From Flavonifractor porci (GTDB taxonomy: Bacteria; Bacillota; Clostridia; Oscillospirales; Oscillospiraceae): a stretch of DNA of 64,000 nucleotides. The DNA lies in the NCBI RefSeq assembly GCF_037572415.1, contig NZ_JBBHLB010000005.1, positions 150,050 through 214,049 of the forward strand, in the 5' to 3' direction. Of the stretch, positions 26,940 through 38,600 are shown one piece after another; position 1 is the stretch's first letter, and every line of letters starts with the position of its first letter. The notes under the pieces are model-generated. The model was given only the letters and a program-made list of their open reading frames with translations. It was not told the DNA's origin and made no database searches. A program made the translations under genes and the position numbers.

Positions 26940-27704
26940 TCAGCGGTTTCGCCAGCCCTCCCACAGCACCACGGACGCCGCCACGGCGGCGTTGAGGGAC
27001 TCGCAGCGGTCCCGCATGGGGATCTTCAAGGTCAGGGCGCAGGCGTCCAGCACAGCCTGGGACACTCCTCTGCCCTCGCTTCCAATCACGACCGCGGCAC
27101 GGCTCAGATCAGCCGAGCGCAGATCGGCAGTATCCTCCCGCAGCGCGGTGGCATACAGCGGCAACTCCGCCGTTTTCAAGCGTGCGGTAAGTCCGTCCAG
27201 TCCCGTCTCCCACACCGGCAAACGGAAGCAGGCGCCCATGGTGGAGCGCACCGTCTTGGGGGAAAAGGGTTCGGCACAGCCGGGGAGCAGGAATACGCCC
27301 TCCGCGCCAAAGGCGTCGGCAGTACGCCATACAGTACCCACGTTGCCCGGGTCCTGCACTCCATCCAGCACCAGATAGAGTCCTGGGGACAGCCTCTTTG
27401 GCGGCATCAGGTCGGGAGTACGGCACACTGCCAGCATTCCCTGGGGGGTATCCACGGTGGACATGGACTTGAGCACGTCGGCGGGTACCTCCACCAGGCG
27501 CACACTCTCGGGCAAATTCCCGGGGGGCTCAATGCCTTCGGCCACCACCAGAGTTTCCACCCCGGCGTTCCAGCGCAGGGCCTCCTCCACCAGCTTATGT
27601 CCCTCACAAAGGTAGGCGCCCTCCTTCCGGCGGGTTTTCTTGTCATTTCCCAGCTTCCGCAGCCGGGCCACCAGAGGGTTCTGGCGGCTGGTGATCCGTT
27701 CCAT
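26940..27704 (-). CDS. TrmH/SpoU-family RNA 2'-O-methyltransferase
   Basis: SpoU methylase motifs (LVLDGVQDPGNVGTVWRTADAFGA…, IPMRDRCESLNAAVAASV). The start is taken at the internal MERITSRQ (M23 of the tracked ORF); the 5' extension overlaps ktrA. Confidence 0.75.
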   Translation of the reverse strand: MERITSRQNPLVARLRKLGNDKKTRRKEGAYLCEGHKLVEEALRWNAGVETLVVAEGIEPPGNLPESVRLVEVPADVLKSMSTVDTPQGMLAVCRTPDLMPPKRLSPGLYLVLDGVQDPGNVGTVWRTADAFGAEGVFLLPGCAEPFSPKTVRSTMGACFRLPVWETGLDGLTARLKTAELPLYATALREDTADLRSADLSRAAVVIGSEGRGVSQAVLDACALTLKIPMRDRCESLNAAVAASVVLWEGWRNR

Positions 27705-27711
27705 ACGCATC

Positions 27712-28365
27712 TTACAGATCCTGCAGGCGGTTGATGTCCTCAGTACGGCCCAGGGCCACCACCGCATCACCCGTCTCCATGAGGGTATTGGGGCCGGGAG
27801 TCACATTAAAAGCCTCCTGACCCTTTTTCCGCACGGCAATGATGTTGACCTTATACCTGGCTCGGACATTCAGTTCCATCAGGTTCTTGCCCAGCCAGTC
27901 CCGGGGCACGGTGGTCTCCACGATGCCGAAATCTTCACTGAGTTCGATAAAATTGAGCACATTGGAACTGGACAGGCCCTGGGCCAGCTTGACACCCATC
28001 TCGTGCTCAGGGAATACCACCCGGTCGGCGCCGATCTTTTCCAGTACTTTGCGGTGGACATGGCTCTGGGCCTTACAGATCACCTGACGCACACCCAGCT
28101 CCTTCAGATTCAGGGTGATGAGTGCTGAAGTGCCCACGTCCACACCTACCGCCACCACGGCACAGTCATAGTTGCGCACACCCAGGGCACGGAGCACCGC
28201 CGGGTCCCGGGCGTCGCCGCTAACGGCGTGGGTGACCTTATCGGCCACTTTCTGTACATTCTCCTCGGAGTCGTCCAGAGCCAGCACCTCATGTCCCAGG
28301 GAGCTGAGCTCGGCGGCCACGGCGCTGCCAAAGCGTCCCAGGCCGATGACAACGAAAGTCTTCAT
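27712..28365 (-). CDS. ktrA: potassium uptake protein KtrA/TrkA (RCK NAD-binding subunit)
   Basis: MKTFVVIGLGRFGSAVA… Rossmann GxGxxG motif and RCK_N/RCK_C architecture. Confidence 0.85.
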   Translation of the reverse strand: MKTFVVIGLGRFGSAVAAELSSLGHEVLALDDSEENVQKVADKVTHAVSGDARDPAVLRALGVRNYDCAVVAVGVDVGTSALITLNLKELGVRQVICKAQSHVHRKVLEKIGADRVVFPEHEMGVKLAQGLSSSNVLNFIELSEDFGIVETTVPRDWLGKNLMELNVRARYKVNIIAVRKKGQEAFNVTPGPNTLMETGDAVVALGRTEDINRLQDL

Positions 28366-28393
28366 ATGGTTACACGTCCTTCCGACCGGGCCG

Positions 28394-29776
28394 TTACCCG
28401 ATCATGACATTCATTTCCGGATATTTGATTTTCGCCGTCCGGCGGCTGCGGGTAATAAAGGCGATGGAGAAGGAGAGCACGCCCACCCGGCCCATATACA
28501 TCAGCAGGATGATCAGGGACTGGGAAAACACACTCAACCCTGGGGTAATACCAGTGGTCAGGCCCACCGTACCCATGGCGGAAGCAACCTCAAATGCGCA
28601 GTCCAGATAGGGCAGGTTTTCCACCGTGGAGATCATCATGGACCCCACCAGGAACAGAAACAGCATTACCAGCGCCAGCGTCATAGCGTTGAGCACCCGG
28701 CGGTATGGAATGGTGCGCCCCCGGAAGGTGACCTGCTCCCGTCCCGCCAGTCCGGAACGGAGGGCCAGCAGCAGCACCGCCACCGTGGCGGTCTTCAGAC
28801 CGCCGGCAGTGGAGCCGGAGGAACCGCCGATGAGCATCAAAACAGAAGAAAACGCTTTACTGGTATCGCTGAGTCCCCCCTGCCCAATCGAGTCAAAGCC
28901 GGCGGTACGCAGGGTAATGGACTGAAAGACAGAGTTCATGATTTTCTCCCACAGTGTCATATCCCCCAGCGTGGCGGGATTGGAGTATTCCTCCACCAGG
29001 AAGAACAGAGCGCCACCGATAATCAGCACCCCGGTAACAATAAGCACCATCTTACTGTACACCGACAGTCTGTGCCAGCAGCGCTTGTCCAAAATGTCCT
29101 CCCACACAAAAAAGCCCAGGCCACCCACCACAATGAGAGCCCCGATGGTACCCAGCACCAGGGGATTGTCCTGCAGGCCGGCCAGACTGCTGAAGGCGCC
29201 GAACTTTCCGCCCAGCAGGTCGAAGCCGGCGTTGCAGAAGGCGGAAATGGAATGGAATATCCCCCGCCAGATCCCACCCAGGATTCCAAAATGCGGAATC
29301 ATGGCAATACTCAGCAGCACCGCCCCTGTTCCTTCGATCAGGAAAGTGCCCATCAGGGCATGGCGCACCATACGCACCACACCGTCCAGGTCGTTCAGAT
29401 TCAAGGTGGACACCATAATGAGCCGCTCAGACAAACCGATGCGGCGGTGCAGGGCAAAGGACACCAGGGTGAGCACCGTCATAAAACCCAAGCCGCCCAA
29501 CTGGATCATCAGAATAATCACCAGTTGTCCAAAAACAGACCACTGGACCCAGGTATCCACCAGGATCAGTCCCGTAACACAGGTAGACGAGGTAGCAGTG
29601 AACAGCGCCGTAAAAAAACCTGCGCTCTGGCCGTCTCTGGACGCGATGGGCAGGGTGAGCAGCAGCGCGCCCACCAGAATGATAATGGCAAAAGAGGCCG
29701 CCACGATCCGCGTGGCATTCAGGCTTCGGTTGCGAATAAACATATCCCGCAGCCAAAGGGCGAATCGTTTGATCAC
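28394..29776 (-). CDS. ktrB: potassium uptake protein KtrB/TrkH (membrane subunit)
   Basis: 460 aa, polytopic, with repeated selectivity-filter-like GLG/GGS segments typical of the TrkH/KtrB family. It sits directly upstream of ktrA. Confidence 0.85.
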   Translation of the reverse strand: MIKRFALWLRDMFIRNRSLNATRIVAASFAIIILVGALLLTLPIASRDGQSAGFFTALFTATSSTCVTGLILVDTWVQWSVFGQLVIILMIQLGGLGFMTVLTLVSFALHRRIGLSERLIMVSTLNLNDLDGVVRMVRHALMGTFLIEGTGAVLLSIAMIPHFGILGGIWRGIFHSISAFCNAGFDLLGGKFGAFSSLAGLQDNPLVLGTIGALIVVGGLGFFVWEDILDKRCWHRLSVYSKMVLIVTGVLIIGGALFFLVEEYSNPATLGDMTLWEKIMNSVFQSITLRTAGFDSIGQGGLSDTSKAFSSVLMLIGGSSGSTAGGLKTATVAVLLLALRSGLAGREQVTFRGRTIPYRRVLNAMTLALVMLFLFLVGSMMISTVENLPYLDCAFEVASAMGTVGLTTGITPGLSVFSQSLIILLMYMGRVGVLSFSIAFITRSRRTAKIKYPEMNVMIG

Positions 29777-29833
29777 TGCCAGGACCTCCCGGAAGAAACT
29801 TGATTACCCAAGCCGCCTGCGGAACGCAGAAAA

Positions 29834-29864
29834 GCATACTGAAGGAAGTCCATCCCTTCAGTAT
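29834..29864 (-). terminator. intrinsic terminator-like hairpin in the ktrB 5' leader (CATACTGAAGG-loop-CCTTCAGTATG followed by CUUUUCUG in the transcript), a candidate riboswitch or attenuator expression platform
   Basis: Perfect 11-bp stem ~60-90 nt upstream of the ktrB start, inside a >200-nt leader. A CACGGGG motif lies upstream. Confidence 0.4.
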
Positions 29865-30187
29865 GCCCATACGCTCTCCCACCGGAGCCTGCCGCTCCGC
29901 AGGTTCCCAGACTAAACCTGTCTATCATAAAGCACACCTGATCCTCTGCACAAAGGTACATAGATCGTTCCTCATCTCTCCACATTTTCCCGGAGAATAC
30001 CCCGTGGAATCATACAAAGGTAACTATAGCATACCCTCCAAAGATATTCAAGTCAACGATTATTATACGCCTGTCCGTAATTTCTTACCTTATATATAAA
30101 AAGGCAGCGGGTCCTCCCTTCTCCTCTCCTGCATATTTAACAGTTTTCGCCAGCTGTCCATCTGCCCGGCATCCGGTCACGAAAGAG

Positions 30188-30217
30188 TTGAAATTGAAGT
30201 CAGGTACAGGGTATAAT
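30188..30217 (+). promoter_or_regulatory. sigma-70-type promoter TTGAAA-18 nt-TATAAT, flanked by a 21-bp direct repeat (CGGCATCCGGTCACGAAAGAG / CGGCATTCGGTTACGAAAGAG)
   Basis: Consensus hexamers ~60 nt upstream of the 30278 start. The direct repeats lie at ~30156 and ~30244. Confidence 0.45.
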
Positions 30218-30277
30218 CAGTTATATGCCTTATCCAGGCGCCCTATCCGGCATTCGGTTACGAAAGAGGGTCACGGT

Positions 30278-31450
30278 ATGTACACAGAGCATCAGGAAAA
30301 GGTGGACCGCCAGGTATGCGCCAATTGCGGCGGGACCATCAAATGGAACATCACCAAGCAGCGTCTGGAGTGTTCCGCCTGTCGAACGTCCCATATAGCA
30401 AAGACCACTGTTGAGCGGGTGGAAGAGCATGATTTTGAGGGATATATCCAGCGGGAGGGCCAGAGGGTCTCCTTTCCAGACACCGCTATCATTGTCTGCG
30501 GCACCTGCGGCGCACAGATCGCTGTGGACGAGCACTGTACTGCTACGGTCTGTCCCATGTGCGGCTCCACCCAGCTGCTGGAAAGCCGCCAGGAGGCCGG
30601 TGTTCCCCCCGACGGCGTGATCCCCTTTCGGGTGGATCAGGAAACTGCTCAACAAAACTTCGCCAAGTGGGTCAAAAGCCGCTGGTTTGCCCCAAATCGT
30701 CTGAAACAGGCCTACCAGGCGGGCAAGCTCCAGGGCATCTACCTGCCTTTCTGGACCTTTGATGCCCAGGTAAGCAGTACATACTGGGGACAAGGCGGTA
30801 ACACCCATACCGTTCGGGACAGCAAGGGCAACACCCGCACGGAGATCCACTGGCGGCCGGTGAGCGGTACCATAGGCGGCTTTTATGACGATTTGCAGGT
30901 GTGTGCAACCTTAAATTCTGTCAGTCAGGTAGTGGAAAAGATCCTTCCTTATAATACCTGCGACAACACACTCCCCTTCTCATCCAGCTATCTGTCCGGT
31001 TTTCTTGCGGAGCACTATGCTATTCCCGCTACCCAGGCGGTTGATACCGCCAAAGAGCAGGTCCGTACCGACCAGATCAATCAGGCAGAAAGCGATATTC
31101 TGTCCCGGGGCTTTGACCATGCCCGGGTCAGTGACATTCACATTGAATACCATAAAATCACCTATAAACACGTACTGCTGCCCGCCTGGTCCTCCGCCTT
31201 TGCCTACAATGGCAAGCAGTATATGTACATTATCAATGGCGAGAGCGGCAAAGTGGGCGGTCAGCGGCCCTACAGCATACCCAAGATCGTGGCGGCAGTG
31301 GCCGCTGCCGCAGCAGCCATCACAGCTGCCGTGATCCTGCTCACCGGCGCATCCGCCCCGCCCACGCTCCAGGCGGAGGAAAGCACACAGCCTCAGGGCA
31401 TCGTAATTCAGGAGGATACTCCCTGGATGACCTGGGCGTATGATCTCTGA
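30278..31450 (+). CDS. zinc-ribbon protein with a C-terminal TM anchor (YdjG-like partner of the SPFH protein)
   Basis: Two CxxC…CxxC pairs (CANCGG…CSACR, CGTCGA…CPMCGS) and a C-terminal hydrophobic helix IVAAVAAAAAAITAAVILL. The start is at the internal MYTEH with an RBS. Confidence 0.6.
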   Translation: MYTEHQEKVDRQVCANCGGTIKWNITKQRLECSACRTSHIAKTTVERVEEHDFEGYIQREGQRVSFPDTAIIVCGTCGAQIAVDEHCTATVCPMCGSTQLLESRQEAGVPPDGVIPFRVDQETAQQNFAKWVKSRWFAPNRLKQAYQAGKLQGIYLPFWTFDAQVSSTYWGQGGNTHTVRDSKGNTRTEIHWRPVSGTIGGFYDDLQVCATLNSVSQVVEKILPYNTCDNTLPFSSSYLSGFLAEHYAIPATQAVDTAKEQVRTDQINQAESDILSRGFDHARVSDIHIEYHKITYKHVLLPAWSSAFAYNGKQYMYIINGESGKVGGQRPYSIPKIVAAVAAAAAAITAAVILLTGASAPPTLQAEESTQPQGIVIQEDTPWMTWAYDL

Positions 31451-31474
31451 GACATAGAAAGGACGGGAAAAGCC

Positions 31475-32527
31475 ATGGCATGGTTTGGTCAGGGAAAGGA
31501 CACCATTGAATGGGACGAATTCCGAGACGACGTACTCTTTTACAAATGGCCCGCCAAGGAGATCAAGCGGGGCTCCCATCTGATCGTGCGCCCGGGGCAG
31601 AAGGCCATCTTCTATTCCGACGGTATTGTAGGCGCGGTCTTTGAAAATCAGGGTAATTTTGATATCTACACCGATATCGTTCCCTTTTTCTCGACGCTGA
31701 AGGGCTGGCTGTCCCTGCGGGGGGACTCCGGCCTGCGTGCGGAGGTCTACTTTGTCAACGCCAAGGAGTTGACCCTGCCCTGGGGCACCCGTCAGCGGAT
31801 CATGATCCCCACTCCAGAAGTGCCCAGCGGCATCCCTGTAGGGTGCAACGGCAATCTGGTCATTGAGTTCCGGGACTACCAGACCTTTATCAACAAGGTG
31901 GCCGGAGTCAAAGCCACCTATTCTCTGGAGGATGTGGCCGACCGGATCATGGGTGAACTCAACCCAGTGGTAGCCGAAGCCATTCTGGGCGGACAGCAGC
32001 AGATGGGACTCAACGCACTGGTGGGTCTTCAGCAGAACAGCCGCAAACTTGGGAGGGCTATTCAGGAGGAGCTGGACAAGGAGCTCAGTGACTTCGGTCT
32101 GGGCGTGGCGGATGTCAATATCCTGGCCTTCAACTATCCCCCCGAAGTCCAGAAGATGGCGGAGAAGGTGGCCGCCCAGTCCTTTATCACCGACATGGGC
32201 AAGTATACCTCCGTCAGTATGGCTGACAGTATGTCCACTCCCGGCAGCGCCGGTTCGGCTGCTGCCTCGGGCATGGGAATGGCCATGGGAATGCAGATGG
32301 CAGCCCAGATGATGGGTCAGATGGCGCAGCCCCAGGCCGCCCAGCCTCAACAGGCCGCCTGTATCTGTGGCTTCTGCGGCTATTCCAGCCCCACCCAGGT
32401 CAAATTCTGCCCTCAGTGCGGCAAGCCTATAGGCCAGCCTCAGCCGGCAGGGGACCGTTTCTGTCCCAACTGCCGCAAAATGGTGGCCGGTAAATTCTGT
32501 CCCGACTGCGGCACACCGACTGTATAA
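31475..32527 (+). CDS. SPFH/band-7 domain protein with C-terminal zinc ribbons (YdjI/COG4260-like)
   Basis: SPFH-like core and a C-terminal CxxC…CxxC…CxxC…CxxC cluster (CICGFCGY…CPQCG…CPNCRK…CPDCG). Confidence 0.65.
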   Translation: MAWFGQGKDTIEWDEFRDDVLFYKWPAKEIKRGSHLIVRPGQKAIFYSDGIVGAVFENQGNFDIYTDIVPFFSTLKGWLSLRGDSGLRAEVYFVNAKELTLPWGTRQRIMIPTPEVPSGIPVGCNGNLVIEFRDYQTFINKVAGVKATYSLEDVADRIMGELNPVVAEAILGGQQQMGLNALVGLQQNSRKLGRAIQEELDKELSDFGLGVADVNILAFNYPPEVQKMAEKVAAQSFITDMGKYTSVSMADSMSTPGSAGSAAASGMGMAMGMQMAAQMMGQMAQPQAAQPQQAACICGFCGYSSPTQVKFCPQCGKPIGQPQPAGDRFCPNCRKMVAGKFCPDCGTPTV

Positions 32528-32547
32528 TACTCATTTAGCCTTTAAAT

Positions 32548-32592
32548 ATGATAAAAGGTGGCAGACACAAAAGTGCCTGCCACCTTTTTACG
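32548..32592. terminator. bidirectional terminator hairpin AAAAGGTGGCAG…CTGCCACCTTTTT between convergent genes
   Basis: Long GC stem flanked by A and T runs. Confidence 0.7.
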
Positions 32593-32608
32593 TTGCAGAA
32601 AGTTTGGA

Positions 32609-35600
32609 TTACTCCGCTTTGCTATCCGCAAAGCGCATGAGGATGGTAGCGACCTCAACGCGGGTGGCGGTGCCGGTGGGATCCAGCTTGCCGCCGTCCT
32701 TGCCGGACAGCAGGCCGGAGCCTACCGCCCACTCCATGGCCTCAGCGGCCCAGGAGGAGGTGTTGGCGCCGTCGGCGAAGGTGGTCAGATCGCCCTTGGC
32801 GGACACATCGTAGCCCTTGCTCTCAGCGTAGCGGTACAGGATGGTGGCCAGCTGCTCCCGGGTCACGGTGTCGTTGGGGGCAAACACGGTGTCGCTGTAG
32901 CCCTTGACGATACCCTTGGAGGCGGCCCAGTTCACAGCGTCGGTGTACCACACACCGCTCTCCACATCGGTGAAGGACAAGGTGGCCTCAGCCTTGGGCT
33001 GGCCCTCCAGCCGCCACAGGATGGTGACGATCATGGCACGGTTGGTGATCATGAGGGGAGCGAAGGTAGTGGAGGATGTGCCGTCCATCAGCTTATTATC
33101 GCAGACGTACTTCACGGCCTCATAGAACCACTCGTCGGCCTTCACGTCGGTGAAGGGCGTGTCGGTATCCACGGGGGTATCGTCCTTGACAAATGCTGCT
33201 TTCACGGTGACGGCGGAAGCAGGCATGGCGAAGGTGTACTTTCCGTCGCCCTTGTCGGTGAGCTTGACCTCGCTGCCGTTCTTGTCGGTGACGGTGATGG
33301 TATCCAGCTTGTAGCCCTCGTCAGACTTCACAGTCAAGGTGATGGTGAGACCCTTGGAGGCGCGGGTGCGGCTGGACGTCACAGTGCCATTGTCCGTCTC
33401 GTCCACGGTGATGGCGTAGGAGGTAGAGGGAACACCACCGGAACCATTATCCTCCCACTTGGCGTACAGGGTCATGCTCTCGTTTACAGGATCGCTGAAA
33501 TTCCACTGGGTGGTATATATATTGTCGGTATACCAGCCTGCAAACACATAGCCCTCGCGAACAGGTGCCTCAGGTTCGGCCACAGTGCTGCCGACCTCGA
33601 CCGTCTGTTCAGGTACACTGCTTCCGCCGTTGCTTTCAAAGGTCACCGTAACCGTCTTGGGCGCATTGGGGTCGATGGCATCGGCCCGGATCAGCACCTC
33701 CGCATTGATGTTGGAGATGGTGACATTACCAGTGACAGCGTCGTAAGTATACCCCTTGCCCTGTTCAAGGGCAGTGCCGCCCATGGTCACGGAAATGGTC
33801 TCAGGCAGGATATAGCCCTCGGCGGGAACCAACTTGAAGGTAAGGTCGGTCCCATCCATCACACTGTCTGTCTTGGGGTCCACACTGGCATTGTACAGGA
33901 TGTATTCGATATGGTGCATCACAGCAGTCTCAGTCTTAAAGGTGCAGGATGCGGGCTGCGACTCGTTGCCGCTTCTGTCGTAGGCGGTAACCGTTACCGT
34001 ATACTCTGCGTTGGGAGTCAGGCCGGAGAAGGCGTAGGTGCTGGCCGTGATATCGGCCACCGGGTCAGACGCTCCGTTCAGATAGACACGATAACCGGCC
34101 AGGTCGGCCTCCGCGGAGGGCGTCCAGGTGACCGTGGCGCCGGTCTGCGTGACTCCGGAAGCGGCCAGTCCGGCGGGCGCCGCAGGAGCCGTGGTATCGG
34201 GCCGCTCCACAGTGATGGTCACACCAAGGTCATTCACTGCGTCCAGGGTGCCGTGAATGGTCTGGGCAGCTTCGCTCTCGGCGGCATAATCGCTTTCCGT
34301 CCAGGCCACATTGCATACCACAAAGGTACTGTCGCTCATCTCGACCACAGCCCGAGTGGGCAGACCGAGCTCGGCAAAAGCGGTGCCCTGCTGTGCCGTG
34401 ACAGAAGCCGGGTTCACGGCTGCGGAGACAGCCTTGGGTTCTTCCGTCAGCGTAAGGTGCAGTTCTGCCTTCACACCATCCGTGTTGGTCACGGGGTCCT
34501 GACACTGAAGCGTACCGGTCAGAGTCTGCTCCGCGCTGTTGGAATTATATCCCTCGTCGCTCCAGGTCACATTCAGGGTGATCGAAGTGCCGTCAGCCAG
34601 AGTTGCGGCTACCGTCTCAGGCAGATTCAGATCGCCAAAGGCTGTTCCAAGAACGCCTGTGGCAGTGGCAGGTTTGACCGATTCCACGTTAGGCTCCGCA
34701 GGCGCCACAAACCGGGTACCGGTAACGGTAACTTCTTTCAGGCCGATGCAGGTACTTTCTCTAGGTATAACACTATTGCCCTTCTCAAAATAGAGCCGGA
34801 GATAACGGGTGCCCGCAGGAATGGGCTTTGTAAAGTCCGCCTTGGCCACGCTGTGGGTAGCGCCAGATTCCGTTCCCGACTGCGTCACAGTGGCAATGGT
34901 AGTCCAGGCATTGGCATCCTTTGCGTTTTGGCCGGTGAGAGCCTCTTTATTATTCATAGTCTGATAGAGGTTCTCTTTGCTGTAGTCCTGGGGCGTATAG
35001 TCGCTGCCCGCAACCTGAATCCAATATTCATCGGACCAGGTCTTATTAAAGTAGGACATGGAGATCCCGGTGACATCAGCCACATCTTCCCCAAGATCGA
35101 TCACGATCCAGGCGCCGTTGGAATCTGTCGCCACTTCGGGACCCACCCAGTTGCTGCTCCACCGAGTGCCGGTATCGCCGTCCACACTCTTGCTGGGTTC
35201 AAATCCAGAACTCAGTTCCATACCGGAGGCATAGACGGGGTGCTCCAGAGAAAGATTCTCTTCCGCTCCAACGCCGGCCGAATAAGTCTTGGTACCATTG
35301 ATTTTCAGTTCAGCCACACTGATGCCAGTGGCGCCGGTGGCATACTTGTTGATCTCATTAAACACTACGCACACATACCGACCACTGGTGCCCTCAGGCA
35401 GTACAGTTACCTGATCGTCGTGACCTTTTTGATCGGTAGGATCATAGGACGCGCTGGCAGCCTTTGTACCGCCGCTTACCTTGCCGTCTTGTACCGTAAA
35501 GGGCTCGTCGGAGACGTAGATATCATATTTGGTGGGCCAGGATTTATCTGTGTAGCATTTCAGCGTAATATCGGTAAGCTCATTGGTGCCGCTCAGATCT

Positions 35601-38600
35601 TCTCCGTCTTTGCCGGTGTTCAGATCCACGATGATCCACTCCACGCCCGGAGTCTGAGGCGCATCCACGCTGCCGGTCTCCTTGATGGCAGGACCCGCGC
35701 ACCACCGGTTGCTGGGATCGCCGTCCAGGGCCTTCCAGGACTGAGGATCGTCCGAAGATCCGGAAACACCAGATGCCTGATGGGCCTTATTCAGCGCCAG
35801 ATTACCGGCAAAAGGCTCCTGAGGGGTGGAACTGTCCCGCCGCACAGCGACCACGGCAGTCAGAGCAAAGCCACCGGGATTGGTGATGGTATCGCCCAGG
35901 ACATAGTTGCCCGTTACGGTGTATTCCTTGGCAGCGGTAGGATCATAATCTTCCCCGGACCAGACAACAGGAAGGGTAACCTCTTTGCCGTTGCTCAGGG
36001 TCACAGTACCCTGCGCAGGCAAGCCGGCCCGATCCAATTCGGTGCCAAAGGCCACTTCCACTTCGATTTCCGGATTGGGAGCGGTGTAAATGCTGGGCAG
36101 CGGGAGGGGTGCCTTACCGGCTTCGCCCTCGTCCAGACGTCCGTTGAGCAGGATCTCCGCAATGCTGACATTGCTGCCGGCCGCCCAGGCCACTTTAATC
36201 GCGGAGATATCGCCCAGCTGGGAAGTATCGCCTACCCAGACGGTATTGTCTGCCGTTCCAACAGTCTCCCAGTTATCGCCCACCTTCACGGTCACGCTGG
36301 CATTGGAGACAGAATTCTGAATCACACTGACCGAATCCAGATGGACCGGCTTCTTCAGAGTATAGACCAGCTCGCCGGCAGCACTGCTGTTAAAAGCGGT
36401 CAGCAGATTGCCGTCCATTGCGTTTTGTTCATTTGCGGCGCCGCTGGTAAAGGTTCCGGCAGAGGTGTCTACGGTAAATTCCCGAACGTTGAGCTTGCTG
36501 CTGGAATCTTCTGTCTGGCGCAGCCGCAGGTAGCGGGCACGAATGGCAAGATCAGACAGGGTGATATGAGTGGAATCTACCTCAGGAACCAGGGTAATCC
36601 ACTGGATTCCATCCTGAGAATACTCCAGAGTGGCGTTATGATAATAGTTGCTGTCCTCATCCTTTTCGCCCTGAAGGATAGAAACGCCGCGCACGGTCTT
36701 TTCGATGCCCAAATCCACGCCGTAATAGTCATTGGCCTGCTGCGCAACATCGTACTTGGCGGCGCTGCCGGCATTTCCATCCAGCATTGCGTTGGAAGCG
36801 GTGGCCTCCTGGCGGACCCCGCCGATCACCGCATAGAGGGTGGGCTCGGTATGAGATACCTGCGGGCTCAGCTCTTCAAAAATGCGGGTGGATACACCTT
36901 CCATCAGATCCGTAATGAACGGCTGCAGCCGCTTGGAGCCGCCATAAGTGTTAAGGCTCTTCTTTTCGGTATTGGCAGCATTGTACTGGGCCCAGGCCTC
37001 AGCCAGATTGTCGCTGTTGACCGCAACAGCCGCCTGAAGAGCGGGCTGGATCGCCTGAGCGACTTTTTCCAGATTGCTGAGCCAGGGATTCAATTCACCG
37101 ATCAGTTGAGCGCTGGTGCAGTGTTCCTTAAAATATGCGATCGCTTCCACAATGTGCTGGCATTCATCCCGCAGCTTCACAAAGTCCGGATCCTCAGCGG
37201 TCAGGGTCCCGTTTTTCGTCTTTTCCAGAACTGCCGCCATGGTGTCCTTCAGATAATCAGACTCAGGGAAGGGATTTCTGCCAGGGAAACGGCTGGGCAC
37301 GTTGGAACCAACTGCTGCGCCCACATTCCGGGCAATGGTGAGATAGGCGTCATACACCTCGGGCTGGAGGTACTTGAAGCAATCTTCCCAGATGTCCAGA
37401 TAATTCTCGTCATAGCTTTCATTGTTCCAGTTCCAGCACATCAGCTGGTAGATACCCACCTTACTGACCTGGGGCTTATTGCAGGGGTTTGAGATAATGC
37501 CCAGGTGATGTTTCAGTCCTTTTGCCCATTGCAGATAGGCCTGGCTGTCACCCAGGAAAATGCCCCGGCCACCGGTATGTTCGTTACAGGGATAGTTCAG
37601 CCAGGTTACGATGTCATGTCCGCTGCGATCATACGCATAGTCGTAATTCTTCTGCTCCACGGGAGAATTTACCGTAGCGCCCGTCCAGTAGATTGGAATA
37701 CGGGAGTCCAGATTTTTAAACGATGCCAGCTCCTCGCCGTTGTCTGTCTCCGCACGACCGACATTATAATGCTGCGGGCAGTACACAATGGTTGCACAAT
37801 CACCCTTTTTATCCACATAATCGGTCATGATCCGGTTCAGCAGATTTACCGCATCGGCATGGGTGCCGGAACCGAAATCGTCGTTCAGGATGTGGAATTG
37901 GCGCACACCAATCGCATAGAACTGGTCAAGCTTTTTGGTGAGCAGATCAAAGCGTCTGTTATACTCCGCATAGCCCGCTTCATTACTGGGATCGGTGCTT
38001 ACGCCGCCTTTAAAAAAGCTGCCCAGATGAACAGACCAGACAAATTCCACTTTGGTTTCTTTTCCGACTTCGACAAGCCGTTTAAAGTCCTTCATCTGAT
38101 CCTCTGGATAGAGTTTGTCCCAATCAGAAGTATGATACTTGTCCGTTTTGGACGCATAGACAAAGATGTTCATTTTGACATCCCGCCCCATGCGCATCAC
38201 GCTTTCCCGGTTTTCAACATCCCAGCCGCCATAGAAGCCTTCTATCACACCGCGGTACAGGTTGTTGGAATAGTCCTCGATCTCCACCGGCAGGAACTTC
38301 TGACCGGCAAAGGAGCTGAACATCATCTGCAGGGTGGCCAGACCGTAGTAAACACAGTCTGTATCCTTACCCACGATGGTAACCACTCCGTTGGCGTTGT
38401 TGGTGGTATCTGCCACCAACATATAGGGATCATACTTCCCCATACCGGTACTGTCGCTGTCGTCGAACAGGTCCGTACGAGCGGTGGGAACAGGGTCTGC
38501 AACAGTCTTGTCCTCGTCCCCGTAGACGCCCAACAGGATGTTGGTCTTCCCGGCCACCACCGCACTGGAGGTAGTCATGGTCATGTCATAATCGGCCAGG

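Noticed and set aside
28172-29803. 543-aa plus-strand ORF, and the 28938..29915 ORF, antisense to ktrB and ktrA
   Set aside because: They overlap the well-supported ktrAB genes on the other strand. The products are low-complexity and rich in His, Gln and Arg.
32558-37492. 1644-aa plus-strand ORF, with many other long ORFs antisense to the giant glycosidase gene
   Set aside because: It lies entirely antisense to a 2094-aa gene with a clear signal peptide, a GH84-like domain and SLH repeats. Its translation is Gly/Arg/Ala-rich low-complexity sequence typical of stop-codon-poor antisense frames in high-GC DNA.
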